Of a DNA stretch of 64,000 nt, positions 44,764-58,545 are shown piece by piece. Positions within the stretch are counted from its first letter, which is position 1; every line of letters starts with the position of its first letter. Both the position numbers and the translations under genes were made by a program. Origin of the DNA: an uncultured Gemmatimonadales bacterium (GTDB lineage: Bacteria; Gemmatimonadota; Gemmatimonadetes; Gemmatimonadales; GWC2-71-9); NCBI GenBank assembly GCA_963842945.1, contig CAWJIM010000023.1, forward strand, positions 160,001-224,000. Reading direction: 5' to 3'. Under the pieces are notes generated by a model that saw only the letters and a list, made by a program, of their open reading frames with translations, had not been told where the DNA came from and did no database searches.

Positions 44764-46635
44764 CTACCGATTCCTACAGGATTTGGCCGGTAAAGAGGCC
44801 AGTGCGGCAGCTACATCTCTGAACGCCTGCTGATTCTCGAGATTGGCCATGAAGGCATCGTCGTACTTCCACATCATCAAGCCGCAGCCGGCCGAGCCCA
44901 GAAGGATACCCCACTCTCTGACTTGCTGAGCGGTCATCCGGCAGTTGGGATTGAAGCTGCCCCTGCCGCCGGTGGTATCCAGCGGACAGTTCCACTGGCC
45001 ATCCAGCGCGGCCTGGAAGCCGCCGTTCAGAATATTCATGCTGAAGATGATGCCCATGCCGTCCCGGCGCCCCAGGCGCGAGACCAGCGTCAATGAACTG
45101 ATTCACGTCGCCCTTGCGCCAGGAATACTGGTCCACCAGGAACTCACAGACCTGGTAGGACTTGGTCGGCTCAAAGGTTTGATGGTTGTGAACGACGCCG
45201 ACCAACATGGTCGGGAACATGTTCTTGACGTAGGCACACAGTCCGTCGACACGCGCTTTGGTCATGGTGCCCGCCGGGCCCCACGTATTTCCATCCCCCC
45301 CTCCAGTCACGTTCGGCTCATCCATGACGGAGTTGCCGATGATGGTCCCGTCAGCCACGGCTGCAGCCACTGCGGCCTTGATGGCCGGAGTATTGTAGGT
45401 CTCCATCTTGGCCTGCCACTTGGCCAGATCGAAAACGTCGTTAGTCAGGTAGTTCCAGTGCGATCCGCCGGTCATGGCCAGCACGAGCCGCTTGTGGTTC
45501 TGTCTCGCCACATCCAGCCGGGCAATGATGTTGGTGGCGTTGATCGAGCCGATACCGGCGGTGAAAAATCCGGTGTTCGGCTCCAGCGAGGTATCTCCGG
45601 CCCAGAGGTCGTACGGTCCAAACGGGGATCCCCATCGGCGTGCCGCTGCCCAGCGGGGTGGTGACCGTGATGGCCGACGTATCGGCGAGGGCACCAGCAG
45701 TGGCGATGACCCGATAGTTGCCGGCGGTCTGACCGGCAGTAAAGAGGCCGGCCGCCGTGACGGTACCACCGGTGGCCTTGAAGACCACGGAAACAGGCAC
45801 ACTGTCGCCGGTCGTGGTGGTGCCGTAAGTGGCAAACTGTTTCTTGGTGCCTGGTGCCAGCGTCACACTGATGGGCTTCAAGATGACCTTCGCCAGAACC
45901 GGCTCAGCCGGTGGTGCGGGCGCGGGCGGCGGCGGTGGCGGCGGCGGAGGAGGAGCCGGAGGCGCGCTAATCGTCACCGTTACGGTGTCGGCCAGGGTTC
46001 CAGCGGTGTTGGTTGCCGTTACCCGGTAGGTGCCGGCGGTGTCTCCGGCGACATAGGTGCCGCCGGCATCGATGAATCCTCCGGTGGCTCCCCAGTTCAC
46101 TCCAATGGGGGCGACGACGCCTCCCCTCTGATCGCCCGACCGCGGTGAAGGTCTGGCTGACTCCGGGGGTGAGGCTCACGCTGGTGGGGGAGATCTTGAC
46201 GGCAACCAGGTTGGTATTTCGGCGAACTACAGTGACGAGCGAGGTGTCGACCTGCAGTTTCCCGCGTATGCGGTTCTGGCCGACGACAGTATAGGTGCCG
46301 ATGGCAGCGGCGGAGAATCGTCCGTCGGGCAGAATAGTTCCGCCCGACGTGCTCCACATGACCGCTGCACCGACGCTGTCGCCGGAGCTGGTGCGTCCGT
46401 GCGCTCGGAATTGAATCAGCTGGTTTGTTTCTAGCGTGACGATACGGGGTGAAACCTGTACCGCCACTGGAGTAAGATCTTCTGTTTTTGTTGCCGTACC
46501 GGACGTTGGTTGTTCAGTGGGAGCTTCTGGAGCGGTTGCGTCGCCACCGCAGGCACCCAGCACCAGGAGAAGGGGCAGCATAGCCAAAGTTCGTGAGACT
46601 GCCAGTCTCCGCGCAAGCTTAAAGGTGTACGTCAT
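44764..46635 (-). CDS. Lipoprotein with Ig-like repeats, poly-Pro linker and putative glycoside hydrolase-like C-terminal domain (frameshifted)
   Basis: Lipobox LGA-C; repeats V.ISP.SV.L.PG...F.A.G; PPAPPPPPPPPPPAPAPP; SVMDEPN. Confidence 0.65.
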
Positions 46636-47012
46636 TTGGGCTACCCTTTCATCGCTCTCCTTACAGTGAAGTCCCAACCGTTCCCATCAATCCCCCACCA
46701 CCCTTGGGCTAAGCGTACTTTAACCACCCCTCCGCCACTTTCAATGGCCAAATATTCGACAGCGCGCAATTGCCAGGAATTTTACCTTTAGCATGAACTG
46801 AAAGCGTTTGTGAGCTTTACATGTCAGACTAGGACGTCAATTGTAACAAAAAATTTTGTCAACTACTTAGACGCTAATGATTCAGCTTGCACTGAACTCA
46901 ACCGGTCCGGGCAGTTCACACCCGCCCCCGCCACGAGGTATACTTCCGCTCCTCCAGCCTTCCAGCGGCTGGACCTCCACCGAACTCTGGCCACGCCGGG
47001 GAGCATCGCCGC

Positions 47013-48185
47013 ATGAACATCGCCCTCATGGTGACCCGGGCAGACCCGGTTGGGGGGGCCCAAATCCATGTGCGGGATCTGGCAGCGGCGGCCCGAGCGC
47101 ATGGGCACAGCCCCACCGTGATCACCAGCGGCAGCGGCCCTTTCCTTCAGGACCTGCGAGCGCAGCAGATTCCAGTAGTGGTTCTCCAGTGCTTGGGAGC
47201 CCCGATCTCCCCACTGCGAGACTTCAGGGCGCTGCAGGAGATCCAGGCCACACTCCAGAGCCTCCGCCCCGATTTGCTCGCGACCCACTCCTCTAAGGCT
47301 GGAATCCTGGGGCGAATCGTGGCTCGTCGACTCCGGATGCCGGTCGTCTTCACCGCCCACGGCTGGTCGTTTACCCCTGGAATCGCACCCCCCCGGGCAG
47401 CGCTCTATCGTCTCATCGAGCGGCTGGCGGCCCCTTTGTCCAGCAAGATCATCACGGTTTCCGAGTTCGACCGCCGCCTGGCACTCGATGCCGGAATCAC
47501 GACCGCGGACCGGCTGGCCACCGTGCACAACGGGATACCGGACGTGGCGGCCCAGCGCAGAGCCAGCCCTGGCCGGGATCCGGCTCGACTGGTCATGGTC
47601 GCCCGGTTCGAGCCGCAGAAGGATCACGCTACCCTGCTCCATGCCCTCGGTGGACTGGTGGGGCGACCCTGGGAGCTCGATCTCATCGGGGACGGACCGC
47701 TTCGAGGGCAAATGGAGCAGCTGGCGAGAACACTCGGACTGGGTACTCGAGTCAGGTTTCTGGGACAGCGACCGGATGTGGATGCCCGCTTGGCCGAGGC
47801 CCAAATAAGTGTGCTCACCACCAACTGGGAGGGGTTCCCCTTGACCGTGCTGGAGGCGATGCGGGCCGGCCTCCCGGTTGTTGCCTCTGCTGTTGGGGGT
47901 GTTGCCGAAGCACTTCAGGACGGCGATTCAGGATATCTCGTGCCGCGGGGGGACGTGACGGTGCTGCGCGACCGACTCGGCAGACTGCTGAGCTCTCCCG
48001 GGCTTCGGGAGGAGATGGGAAGTAAGGGTCGTATCCGCTGGGAACAGCACTTTACGATCGAGCAGATGGTGGAGAAGACTTTTGCCATCTACCAGGATGT
48101 TGTGCGAGCAGAGCCGCACGGTCGATCGATCCTCGCCGGGGATTACCGCCGGCGTGACGGCGTGAGCCCGGCTACGCAGTCATGA
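47013..48185 (+). CDS. Glycosyltransferase family 4
   Basis: GGAQIHV, HSSKAG, FTAHGW, ARFEPQKDH, WEGFPLTVLEAM. Confidence 0.93.
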   Translation: MNIALMVTRADPVGGAQIHVRDLAAAARAHGHSPTVITSGSGPFLQDLRAQQIPVVVLQCLGAPISPLRDFRALQEIQATLQSLRPDLLATHSSKAGILGRIVARRLRMPVVFTAHGWSFTPGIAPPRAALYRLIERLAAPLSSKIITVSEFDRRLALDAGITTADRLATVHNGIPDVAAQRRASPGRDPARLVMVARFEPQKDHATLLHALGGLVGRPWELDLIGDGPLRGQMEQLARTLGLGTRVRFLGQRPDVDARLAEAQISVLTTNWEGFPLTVLEAMRAGLPVVASAVGGVAEALQDGDSGYLVPRGDVTVLRDRLGRLLSSPGLREEMGSKGRIRWEQHFTIEQMVEKTFAIYQDVVRAEPHGRSILAGDYRRRDGVSPATQS

Positions 48186-48596
48186 TCCCCCAAGGCCGGA
48201 ACGGGAGCCAGGCCCCGAGCGCCAATGCCACGGTAATGGTCGTGGAGGATGAGGCTGCGCTCCGGCGCGGGCATTCGCCGCATGCTCCAGGAGGAGGGAT
48301 ACAACGTGGTCGAGGCCGAGAATGGAGCAGCGGCGCTTCAGCTTCTGGAGGGACCAGCTTCGGAGACGATCGACCTGGTGCTGACCGACCTCCGAATGCC
48401 GGTGATGGACGGTCGTCAGCTGGCCTCGGCGTTGGCCCGCCGGCGCCCCAGCCTGCCGGTCGTGTTCATGTCCGGGTTTACCGCGCAGCTGATGGACCTG
48501 CGGCTGGTGTCCCCTAACCTCGCCTTTCTTGCCAAGCCGATCCGGAATTCTGATTTGCTGGCGGCAGTGAAGAACCAGCTGTCCCGTCCCCGCTGA
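48182..48596 (+). CDS. Single-domain response regulator (frameshifted)
   Basis: VMVVEDE, DLVLTDLRMPVMDG, FMSG, LAKP. Confidence 0.9.
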
Positions 48597-48604
48597 CTGA
48601 CCGA

Positions 48605-49566
48605 TCAGATCTCCCAGTTTGACATAACCACGCCCTCGGCCGGAATCCGCTGGGGGTAGCCGTGCAGAAGCATCCGGAGATCGGTCCAGTGGACCCGGTA
48701 GCCGAGTTCGATCAGGCGCAGGTAGGTCCGGGTGAATTCAGTTTGGCAGCGGATGGCTATGCGGGTGACCCGCTCGGCTGGCCGCAGAGAGCTGAAGGCC
48801 CTGAAGCAGTCGCTCGAAGGCAGCGGGGTGCGCCGCGACCATCTTCAACACCCGCAGCTCGTCCTTGGGGCGCCCCGCCGCGAGCGGAGTCGAGTGCCAC
48901 AGCGCATATCCGCTCAGCACTCCTCCGTCGCGGACCAAGGTGGTGTCACCGATGCCGAGATCGTGGGTGAGCGCCAGCTCCCGGGTGAAGTCCACGCCGG
49001 GCAAGACCCGGTCAGCCAGCCGGCGGCATTCCTCCAGGCGCTGGTTCCACGCTGATCCGGCGGCGGACAGCAGTTCCGCCGACTCCACTGGGCGGCGAGG
49101 TACGTCATGGACCAGCGTGACGGTCATATGACTGGGCACCAGGCCGATCCGGCTGTAGAACCCGATGTTATCCACCGTCCGGGGCATGGTTTCCAGACCG
49201 ATGGTGGTGGCGCCCTGGGACCGCAACCAGTCGATGCCGGTACGGACCATGACCGAGCCCAGACCTTCCCCCTGGCGATCGGGCCTCACCGCCAGCGGGC
49301 CCATCCAGCCCTCGGTGCCGGAGCGGTGCACCATGTTGAACGCTACCATGTGGCCGTCGGCATCTCGCCACACCATGGACCCGTCACCGGCGTCCTCCAG
49401 GGCGTAGCGCCAGACCAGGTTATTCAGCTGAGGGACCCGCACCCCCACCAGACCGTCCCGGCTGTAGCGATCGGTGAAAGCGTCGGCAAATACCCGGTTC
49501 AGCGAATCGATGTCGCGCAGAGTGGGCCGGTCCGGGCCCTCGAACGCTTCGATCAGGCCGCCACAT
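48605..49566 (-). CDS. GNAT-family N-acetyltransferase, two-domain (frameshifted)
   Basis: Acetyl-CoA motif LAVRPDRQGEGLG, NIGFYSRIG; start overlaps the end of sbcC. Confidence 0.85.
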
Positions 49567-51974
49567 TGCGATCTTCCTGCGGTTCATCGCGCACCGTGGC
49601 GACTCCGCTTGCCACATCCACGCCCACTCGGACAACCCGGTCGAACCCCTCGCGTACGGAATCGATATGGGTGATCAGGATGACCTGAGGGAAGCGATCC
49701 GCCAGGCTCCGCAGAAGGTCCACAACAGCCGTTCGGCGGTCCTCATCCAGTGATCCGAAGATCTCATCGAGGATGAGGAGCGAGAGCGGTTGCCCGGCCC
49801 GTTCCGCTATCATCTGACTGATGGCGAGGCGAAGCGCGAGATTGGCGACATCCTCCTCGCCCCCTGATATCACTGCCTTCGGATCGCCATCGTCGAGCAG
49901 CGTGGCCACATAGTCCTCATCCAACTCCAGATCGGTATAGCGTCCCCCCGTCAGATCGCGAATGAAGCTCGATGCCAAGTAGGAGAGGTCGGGTCGGAGG
50001 GTGGCGTTCAGCTCGGTGCGGAGATCGGTGAGGGCGCGGTCCAGCTCCTGGTGTAGAGCCAGCTCTGATGCGGCCTGGGCCGCCGCACGCTCCCGCTCGG
50101 CGCGCTCGGCCCGCCGGCGAGCCACCTGGGTTACCGCTTCCATGGCGGCCGCCGTCTCACCCCGGGCCCGCACCAGCGCGAGCTCGGCCCGCCTCCGTTC
50201 CGCCTCCGCCGCCAGCTCGGCCGCGCGAAACTCACGGAAGGCAGGTTCGCTGTAGCCCAGCTCAGCCAGCTTGGCTCGGAGCTCGGCGATCAGGGCGGTC
50301 GAGGCCGTCCCCGCCTGGTTAGCGCTCTCCAGCTCAGCAATCACCTCGTCACTGCGGTCGGCCACGGCCCGAAGGCGTTCTGCCTGAAGAGCCAGCGGCT
50401 CCAAAGCACGGGTCTGTTGGAGAACGATCTCGTGCCGTTGCGTGATCGTAGGAACCCAGGAACTGGTCGAGCACGGCTTGAAGCTCTCCTACCCGGACCA
50501 GCAGCCGGTTCTGCTCCTCCTTCAGCGGCCCGGCCTCCTGCGCCTGGGCCCGGAGCCGGGCCAGCTCACTGGTTGCTCCAGTCAGCTCCTGTTCCAGATC
50601 CAGCCGGCGGCGCTCGACCTCGGTCAGGGTCACCGGCTCCTGTTGTAGCTGCTCGATCCGTTGCTTGTAGTAGTTGCCGTTCGAGCGCACCTCTTCCATC
50701 TGTCGATCCAGCAGCTCCAGGACCTTGGCGTACTCGGCTCCCAGCGGACGGGTACAGGTGGGGCAGACCCCATCGGCACCGGCCTTCACGATCCGCTGCC
50801 GCTGATCCTTCAGCTCCTGATACTGGTCGAGCAACCCCTGCCGCTTGGTTTGCGCGTCCTGGGCGTCGCGCACCCAGGCGGTTCGCTGTTCCTCCGCTTC
50901 GAGGGTGGCGGCAGTCAGTGCCGCGCGGGCGGCGTTGACCCTGTCCAGGGCCTGGTCCACGGCCCGGGCGAGCGGCAGGCGGGTGACTCGTTCCTCGATC
51001 GACGTCAGATGGCTCTGCACTTCCTGCAACTGGGCCCCATAGCGCCGGCGGGCAGCATCGTGCTCGGCCTGACGCTCAAGCTGCTGGGCCTCTTCCCGCA
51101 ATGTCGGCAAGGGGCTCAGCTGACGGGAAAGCTCCGCCAACTGTTCGCGGGCGGCAGCGAGCTCCAAAGCCTCTTGTTCCAGGCGCGCGATTCGTTGGGC
51201 GGCGGTGGTGGCCTGATGGTCCGCCACCCGTAACTCGGCCTCGAGCGCCAGGGCTGTCTCCCGCTGCTGCTGCAGCTGTTCCCAGCGGGGTCTGATCTCC
51301 CCCAGCCGGCGCTCCGCCAGATCGCTCGCCTTCCCCACCTCCACCTCCGCATCCTGGGCCCGGGTCAGCCGCTCCTCGGCTTGTGTCTGGGCTTGATCCA
51401 ACTCCGCCAGATCAGGGAGTCCTGCCCGGAGGGCATCGACCCGGGCCCGTAGCGCGGATCGCTTTTCCTTCAATCGATCCTGCGCGGCGCGGAGCCGCTC
51501 GTAGCCCAGAACCCTGGAGAGGAACTGCGCCCGCTCGGGCGCGCTCATCGCCGCCATGACCGCGAGCTCTTTCTGGCCGGTGAAATAGGTATTGAAGAAT
51601 TCGTCTCGGGTCATACCCAGCAGGCGGGTGACCCGCTCAGTCACTGAACCCATGCTGTACGCCACGGGAGCAGCGTCGCCGTCCTGATAGAGCTCAGCCT
51701 GGTTCAGCGAGCGGACAATGCGGTAGTCATGGGCGCCCAGGGTGAACTCGACTTCGACTTCCACCCGGGCTCGGGGCGGAGCGCCGCGCCGCCGGAGCGT
51801 CTCCCGATTGCCCCGGGCGGCAGGCATGCCGTACATCGCCCAGGCAATCGCCTCGAGCAGCGTGGTCTTCCCGGCGCCGTTGGGCCCCACGATTCCGGTG
51901 AGGCCGGGGCCGAACTCGATCTCGGTGTTCTCGTGCTGCCGGAAATTGACCAGTCGAATCCGGTTGATTTGCAT
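49553..51974 (-). CDS. sbcC: SbcC/Rad50 SMC-family ATPase (frameshifted)
   Basis: GPNGAGKTT, coiled coils, zinc hook CPTC, ISGGE, LILDEIFGSLD, ITH. Confidence 0.92.
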
Positions 51975-53154
51975 CAGCCGCCTGCCAGATCCCGTTCGAC
52001 CAGTATCCATCAACTCCTGTCCCAGCCGAACGAATTCACCCCGATCGAGCTCGGCCGGCAACGGCCTTCCAGCCAGATACGAGGAGACCAGCTCCGGCAG
52101 CGTCTGGCGCGGCCCGGGCGCTCCGACGCCGACGGTACGCTGGAGCTCGGGCCGCCGAAGATCGAGGTGAAAATGCAGCGCGTCGGCCTTGTAGCCCCGA
52201 ATCGCTGCATGGTTCAGCTCCCGTGCCACATGCCGCGGGATGTCGTAGACTCTCAGGCGGACGATCTTGTCCGAGATTCCTCCGGGGAGCGTCGCCAGCC
52301 GAAACGCGATCTCCGCGTCGATGGCAGCCGCGGATTTGTTTTCGGCCCGCACCGGCTCGAGATCCAGGACTTCTCGCGCGGCAGGCACTCGGCGCCGCTC
52401 CACCTTGCCGCTGTCCAGGTCTACCAGCAGCCATCCCTTCCCGTGATCTCCGTGCTCCGACTCGTCGGCCCGCTCCCCCCAGATGTTGGGACCGATGTAA
52501 TCCAACGCTCCGGCATACCAGGCGTTTCTGGCGACCTGATGTTGAGTGTGGTAATGGCCCAGCGCGACGTAGGTCCAGTCCTCGAGATTCAGCTCCCGTC
52601 GGTTGACAACCGCTCCGCCAAAATCTCCCGCGCCCCGGTGGATCGAGTATTCACCCTCCACCTCCAGATGTACCACCAGGAGCTGGTGCCGCTCGGGCCC
52701 CTCCGGCCGAAGAACCGGCCGCTCCGGCGCGAGCAGCGCCTGACGGGGGACGGCGAAGATGCTGAGATCCAGATCGGGGTATACCAGCCGGCGGGACTCG
52801 GTCGGTGGCCACCTCGACTCCGACCTCCTCGAACAGACGCAGAATCGATCCGGTCTCGACCGAGCGCGGGGTGTCGTGGTTTCCGGCGATCAGAACTATC
52901 GGGGCTTTCGGGAGTGCGTCCCGCAGACGCTGAAGCTGCCGGAACGCGAAGACGATCGCGGCATTGGTCGGTCGAACCGAATGAAAGAGATCCCCCGCGA
53001 TCACCACGATGTCCGGCACCGCCCGGATGACGCCGTCAATCGCGGCGCGAAAGGCCTGCGCCACGTCGGCTTCTCGCTGATTGATGCCGCCCGCAGTCTG
53101 CCGGTGGTACTGCCGGATACCGAGGTGAGGATCGGCGATGTGTGCGAGTTTCAC
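51974..53154 (-). CDS. sbcD: SbcD/Mre11 nuclease (frameshifted)
   Basis: HIADPHLG, AGDLFH, AGNHD, ALGHYH; TGATG overlap with sbcC. Confidence 0.92.
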
Positions 53155-53200
53155 GGGTGGAGAATGAAGAGCGCAGCGGGAAAGGGCAAGAACTCAGGCG

Positions 53201-55143
53201 TTACCCATAGGGCTCATCGGCGTGCTTCAGTGCGGGTATTCCGCGGCGTGGCGTCACTACCTCGCCGCCACCCGCCGGCCCAGGCACGCGGCAAAGAACG
53301 CGGCCACATCCAGTCGGGCGTTCGCTGCGGGTGACCGCGAGAGCCCGGCGCACGTCTTCGCTTCGACGCCCTTCGATCATCACTCGGATGGTGTCGGCGG
53401 AAACTCTCCGATCCAGCTGCCGCATCTGCTTCACCACCGCCTCTTCGAAGGGAAGCTCGACAGCAGGGGGAAGCGCTCGATGCCTTCTCGGCCGTTGAGC
53501 ACTGCCGGGCGAGGGAACTTGACGAAGATCGGCTGGGTGAAGTGGGGGTGCCGCAGCATCAGCTCACCCTTGGGCAGGGTGGCCATCTTGATCTTGGTGG
53601 CAGGCGAGATGGTGGCGTACCCGGGCATGGCGAGCTCATCCACGTCCATGCGGCCGTAAATCACGGTGCCGGCATTGCCGACCACCCGGCGCTGGACCTG
53701 GGAGCGAAACTGCTGAGCCGAAAAGAGCACCAGTCCGAGATACCGGCCCCGCTCCGAGAGATCCAGCAGCATTTTGCGCACGTAGGTCTCGGGGCCGTCC
53801 GCCGGCGCATACTTGTTGAGCTCATCCACGAAGACCACGACGTGATCGACCCCGAGATCCCGGCGCTCGAGATGCTCTCTGCAGCTTGGAGACCACGCGG
53901 GCAAAGACCAGGTCCTGCGCCAGCGGGTCGAGTCCGGCGACGTCGATGACCTGGATACTCGCGGTCCTCGAAGTGCGCCCCAGGGCAGATCGTTCGACAC
54001 CCCGTCGTCGGTGACCAGACCCTTGGACCGGGTGCTGATGTTGCTCAGCCGGTTGCGGACCTTCCGGATGGTGGCGATGTGGTGGGTCCGCCAGACCTCG
54101 CCACCCTTCCCCAGCGCTTCCATATAGTCGAAGATCCGGCGAAAAAACTCCTCCAGATCGGTGAAGCTCTGAACGGTGAACGGCTTCGGCCGCAGAGTCT
54201 CGTCGAGATATTCGCGACCCACTACTCGCTCAGCCAGGAAGTCGATGAACGCGTCGGCCTTGGCGTCGATGTCATCTCTATTGAGCACCACCTCCGCGTA
54301 GTCCAGCACCTCCCGCAGACCCCAGATCAGCGGTTCGGTGTTCGAGGCCAGCTCTTCGTTGGTGCGGAGCGTGTTGAGATTCACTCCATCGGGCTTGAGC
54401 GGCGCGTAATAGCGGACGGTACTGAAGGGCCGGGGAGCCAGCCCGAGCCGAGCGTACTGCCGCTGGTCACTGGCGCTCAGGCTGGCCGGCTGATCCAGAA
54501 AGCAGAGGTCCGGACCTTTGACATTGAAGCAGAGCGCGGCGACGGTGCCCTTGTGAGCCGGGAAGGTCTGAAAGATGCTGCCCAGCAGAAACTCGACCGC
54601 ACTGGTCTTGGTGGCGAGTCCGGAGACACCGGTGATGTTGAGATGCGCTGCCTCCGGACCGAGCAGGAAATCGGCATCCAGGTATACCGGCGCCTCGAGC
54701 CCACCCGCGGCATAGAGCCCTACCGGGATTCCGGTGGCGCGCTCGTGGGCGGTATAGCCGTCCATCCGGAGTGCCAGGGCCACGTCGCTATCGGAGGCCA
54801 GCCAGACGGGCCCGAGCGGAACCGGCTGGAGCGGTTCCTCCGGTAGCTGGCGAAGAACGGCAGCGGCGTACAGCCGAATCTCCGCCCGCCCCTTCTGCTC
54901 GGAGCCAGCCCCGGCCGGATCGCCCTCAGCGCCGATGACGGCCTGGAGGGGAGAGACCAGGTCAGAGTAGGCAAATCCGTCGGTGACCACCCCGAACACC
55001 GTGCGACCGTTCTCTTCTACCCGAACGATGGCGCCAATACCGATAGGAGACTCTCGGGCAGTCCAGAAATGGAACTGGTGCGGCGTAGAGGGCTTGAGCT
55101 CGGTGGCTACGACCCGGCCGACCGGCTGGAGCGGTGGGGGCAT
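53201..55143 (-). CDS. HerA/FtsK-family ATPase with N-terminal HAS-barrel-like domain (frameshifted)
   Basis: HLNITGVSGLATKTS (Walker A variant), FNVKG, VVFVDELN, ERGRYLGLVLFSAQQ. Confidence 0.82.
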
Positions 55144-55372
55144 TGCTGGATTGTACCAGCAGACCGGGTGTCAGCGCTATGTCGATCTCAGCCTTAACCA
55201 GGGTTGGGCAGCACCGGACAAGGTCCTGGCTCTCGCCGGGACGTGGCGGATCGACCTGATATGTTCCATACTTCATTCTGGGGATGGCCAGTGACGCTGA
55301 ATGACAGGAGGCCCTATCGCTGGTGCCCGAAATATGGGCAACATTGCCGATAGATGACGCTGTGAGGTAGCC

Positions 55373-55825
55373 GTGAACAAAAGTCCAGGAAACCTTGCCC
55401 GAGACCTGAGTCAGCTGCCGCTCGATACCACCGATCGCCTGCGGGATCTGCTTTCCTCATTCTCAGCCCTGCGTAGCAGCAACCGCAATCTAGTGGCCCA
55501 GCTTCGGGGCTCGATCTACGAGCTCCGAGAGCACCGGCGCAGACTTAAACAGCAATACATCCTGGAGATCTCGGCCCAGCGAAACAGCGAAGACCGACCA
55601 AGCGTGCGCCGGGAGTTTGGGTTGACCCGGCGGGAGGAGCAGGTGGCTCACCTCCTGAGCCAGGGACGTTCCAACCAGGCCATTGCCCGCGAGCTCAAGA
55701 TCAGCGAGCACACTGCGCGGCATCATACCCAGAGAATTCTCTCCAAGCTCGAGGTACATTCCCGCGGCGAGGCGGCAGCGAAAATTCGCGGCAGGATCCC
55801 CTCCGTCATCAGCAATTCTCTCTAG
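55373..55825 (+). CDS. LuxR-type HTH regulator without a receiver domain
   Basis: GLTRREEQVAHLLSQGRSNQAIARELKISEHTARHHTQRILSKL. Confidence 0.9.
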   Translation: MNKSPGNLARDLSQLPLDTTDRLRDLLSSFSALRSSNRNLVAQLRGSIYELREHRRRLKQQYILEISAQRNSEDRPSVRREFGLTRREEQVAHLLSQGRSNQAIARELKISEHTARHHTQRILSKLEVHSRGEAAAKIRGRIPSVISNSL

Positions 55826-56258
55826 ATATCTCATCCCTGCTGGTGACGCGGGGTGCGGGCTTCGTTGGCTGCTTGGCCCAGCTGCGGTCAGCTCCTCGAG
55901 GCCGAAGACTGTGGACCCAGGCTCTCCCGCTGAATGGGAGGATTGGCTCGCCGAACTGCGGAATAGGAGTGGGTTGACACTGTCCTGCAGGTTGCGGCGT
56001 CCCGGGAGGAATTCAGCGCTCCGTTCATCCGCCCCGGCAAACCGGCTTGGTGGGAGGAGTGGGGCGAGCGAAACCAGGAAGCCGGTAAGTAGCCGCTAAC
56101 CACTTGTGGCATAACGGCTCGCACCGGCGGGCCGCTCCCACCCCATTGGGGTTCTTCCAGCTTGCCGCAGCAAAAGTAGCCGGAGAGTCGTGCCCAGGGT
56201 CAATGGGAGGCAGGGCATCGAACTTGCTCGTTCGGCCTGCGACTCCATCCCTGCTTCG

Positions 56259-58112
<1,854 letters not shown>

Positions 58113-58545
58113 AAATTATCGGCCGCCCGGACGCACTCGACCGGGCGCCGGGGGCCGATCTGCAGGTGGAACACACTCTCCGCGCTGTTGGTCTGCACCG
58201 AGAGCGTGGTGTCCACCTCGAGAGATGCGACCCCGGGCCGGGAGGGCCGGGAGGGCAGCACCACCCGGCCATCGGTCAGCTTGGCCGGCACCCCCAAGTC
58301 GCCCGGTGGTGACCTCGGGCCAAACCACGACATCCAGGCCACAGATCACTCCGTTGTTCACGTCCAGAACGGCAACGGAGCCCTCTGCGTCGGTCAGCTC
58401 GACCGTGCCGGTCAGCCCGCCGCTCTTCCGGTTTCCCTTGAACGCGCCCGACAGAATGTCCGTCTCGGGATCCCAGCGCCAGTTGATGTTGGGCAGCGCT
58501 CCGCTCAGCGGCTCGATCCTGGCTTCGATGCTCATCCCACCGATC

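Noticed and set aside
50349..52676. Apparent SbcD-SbcC fusion ORF (775 aa)
   Set aside because: A TGATG stop/start overlap at 51972-51976 marks the normal boundary; the fusion is best explained by an indel just upstream.
53201..55143. Known HerA anti-phage systems (Sir2-HerA, DUF4297-HerA)
   Set aside because: No Sir2 or DUF4297-like partner; the neighbours are SbcD and SbcC.
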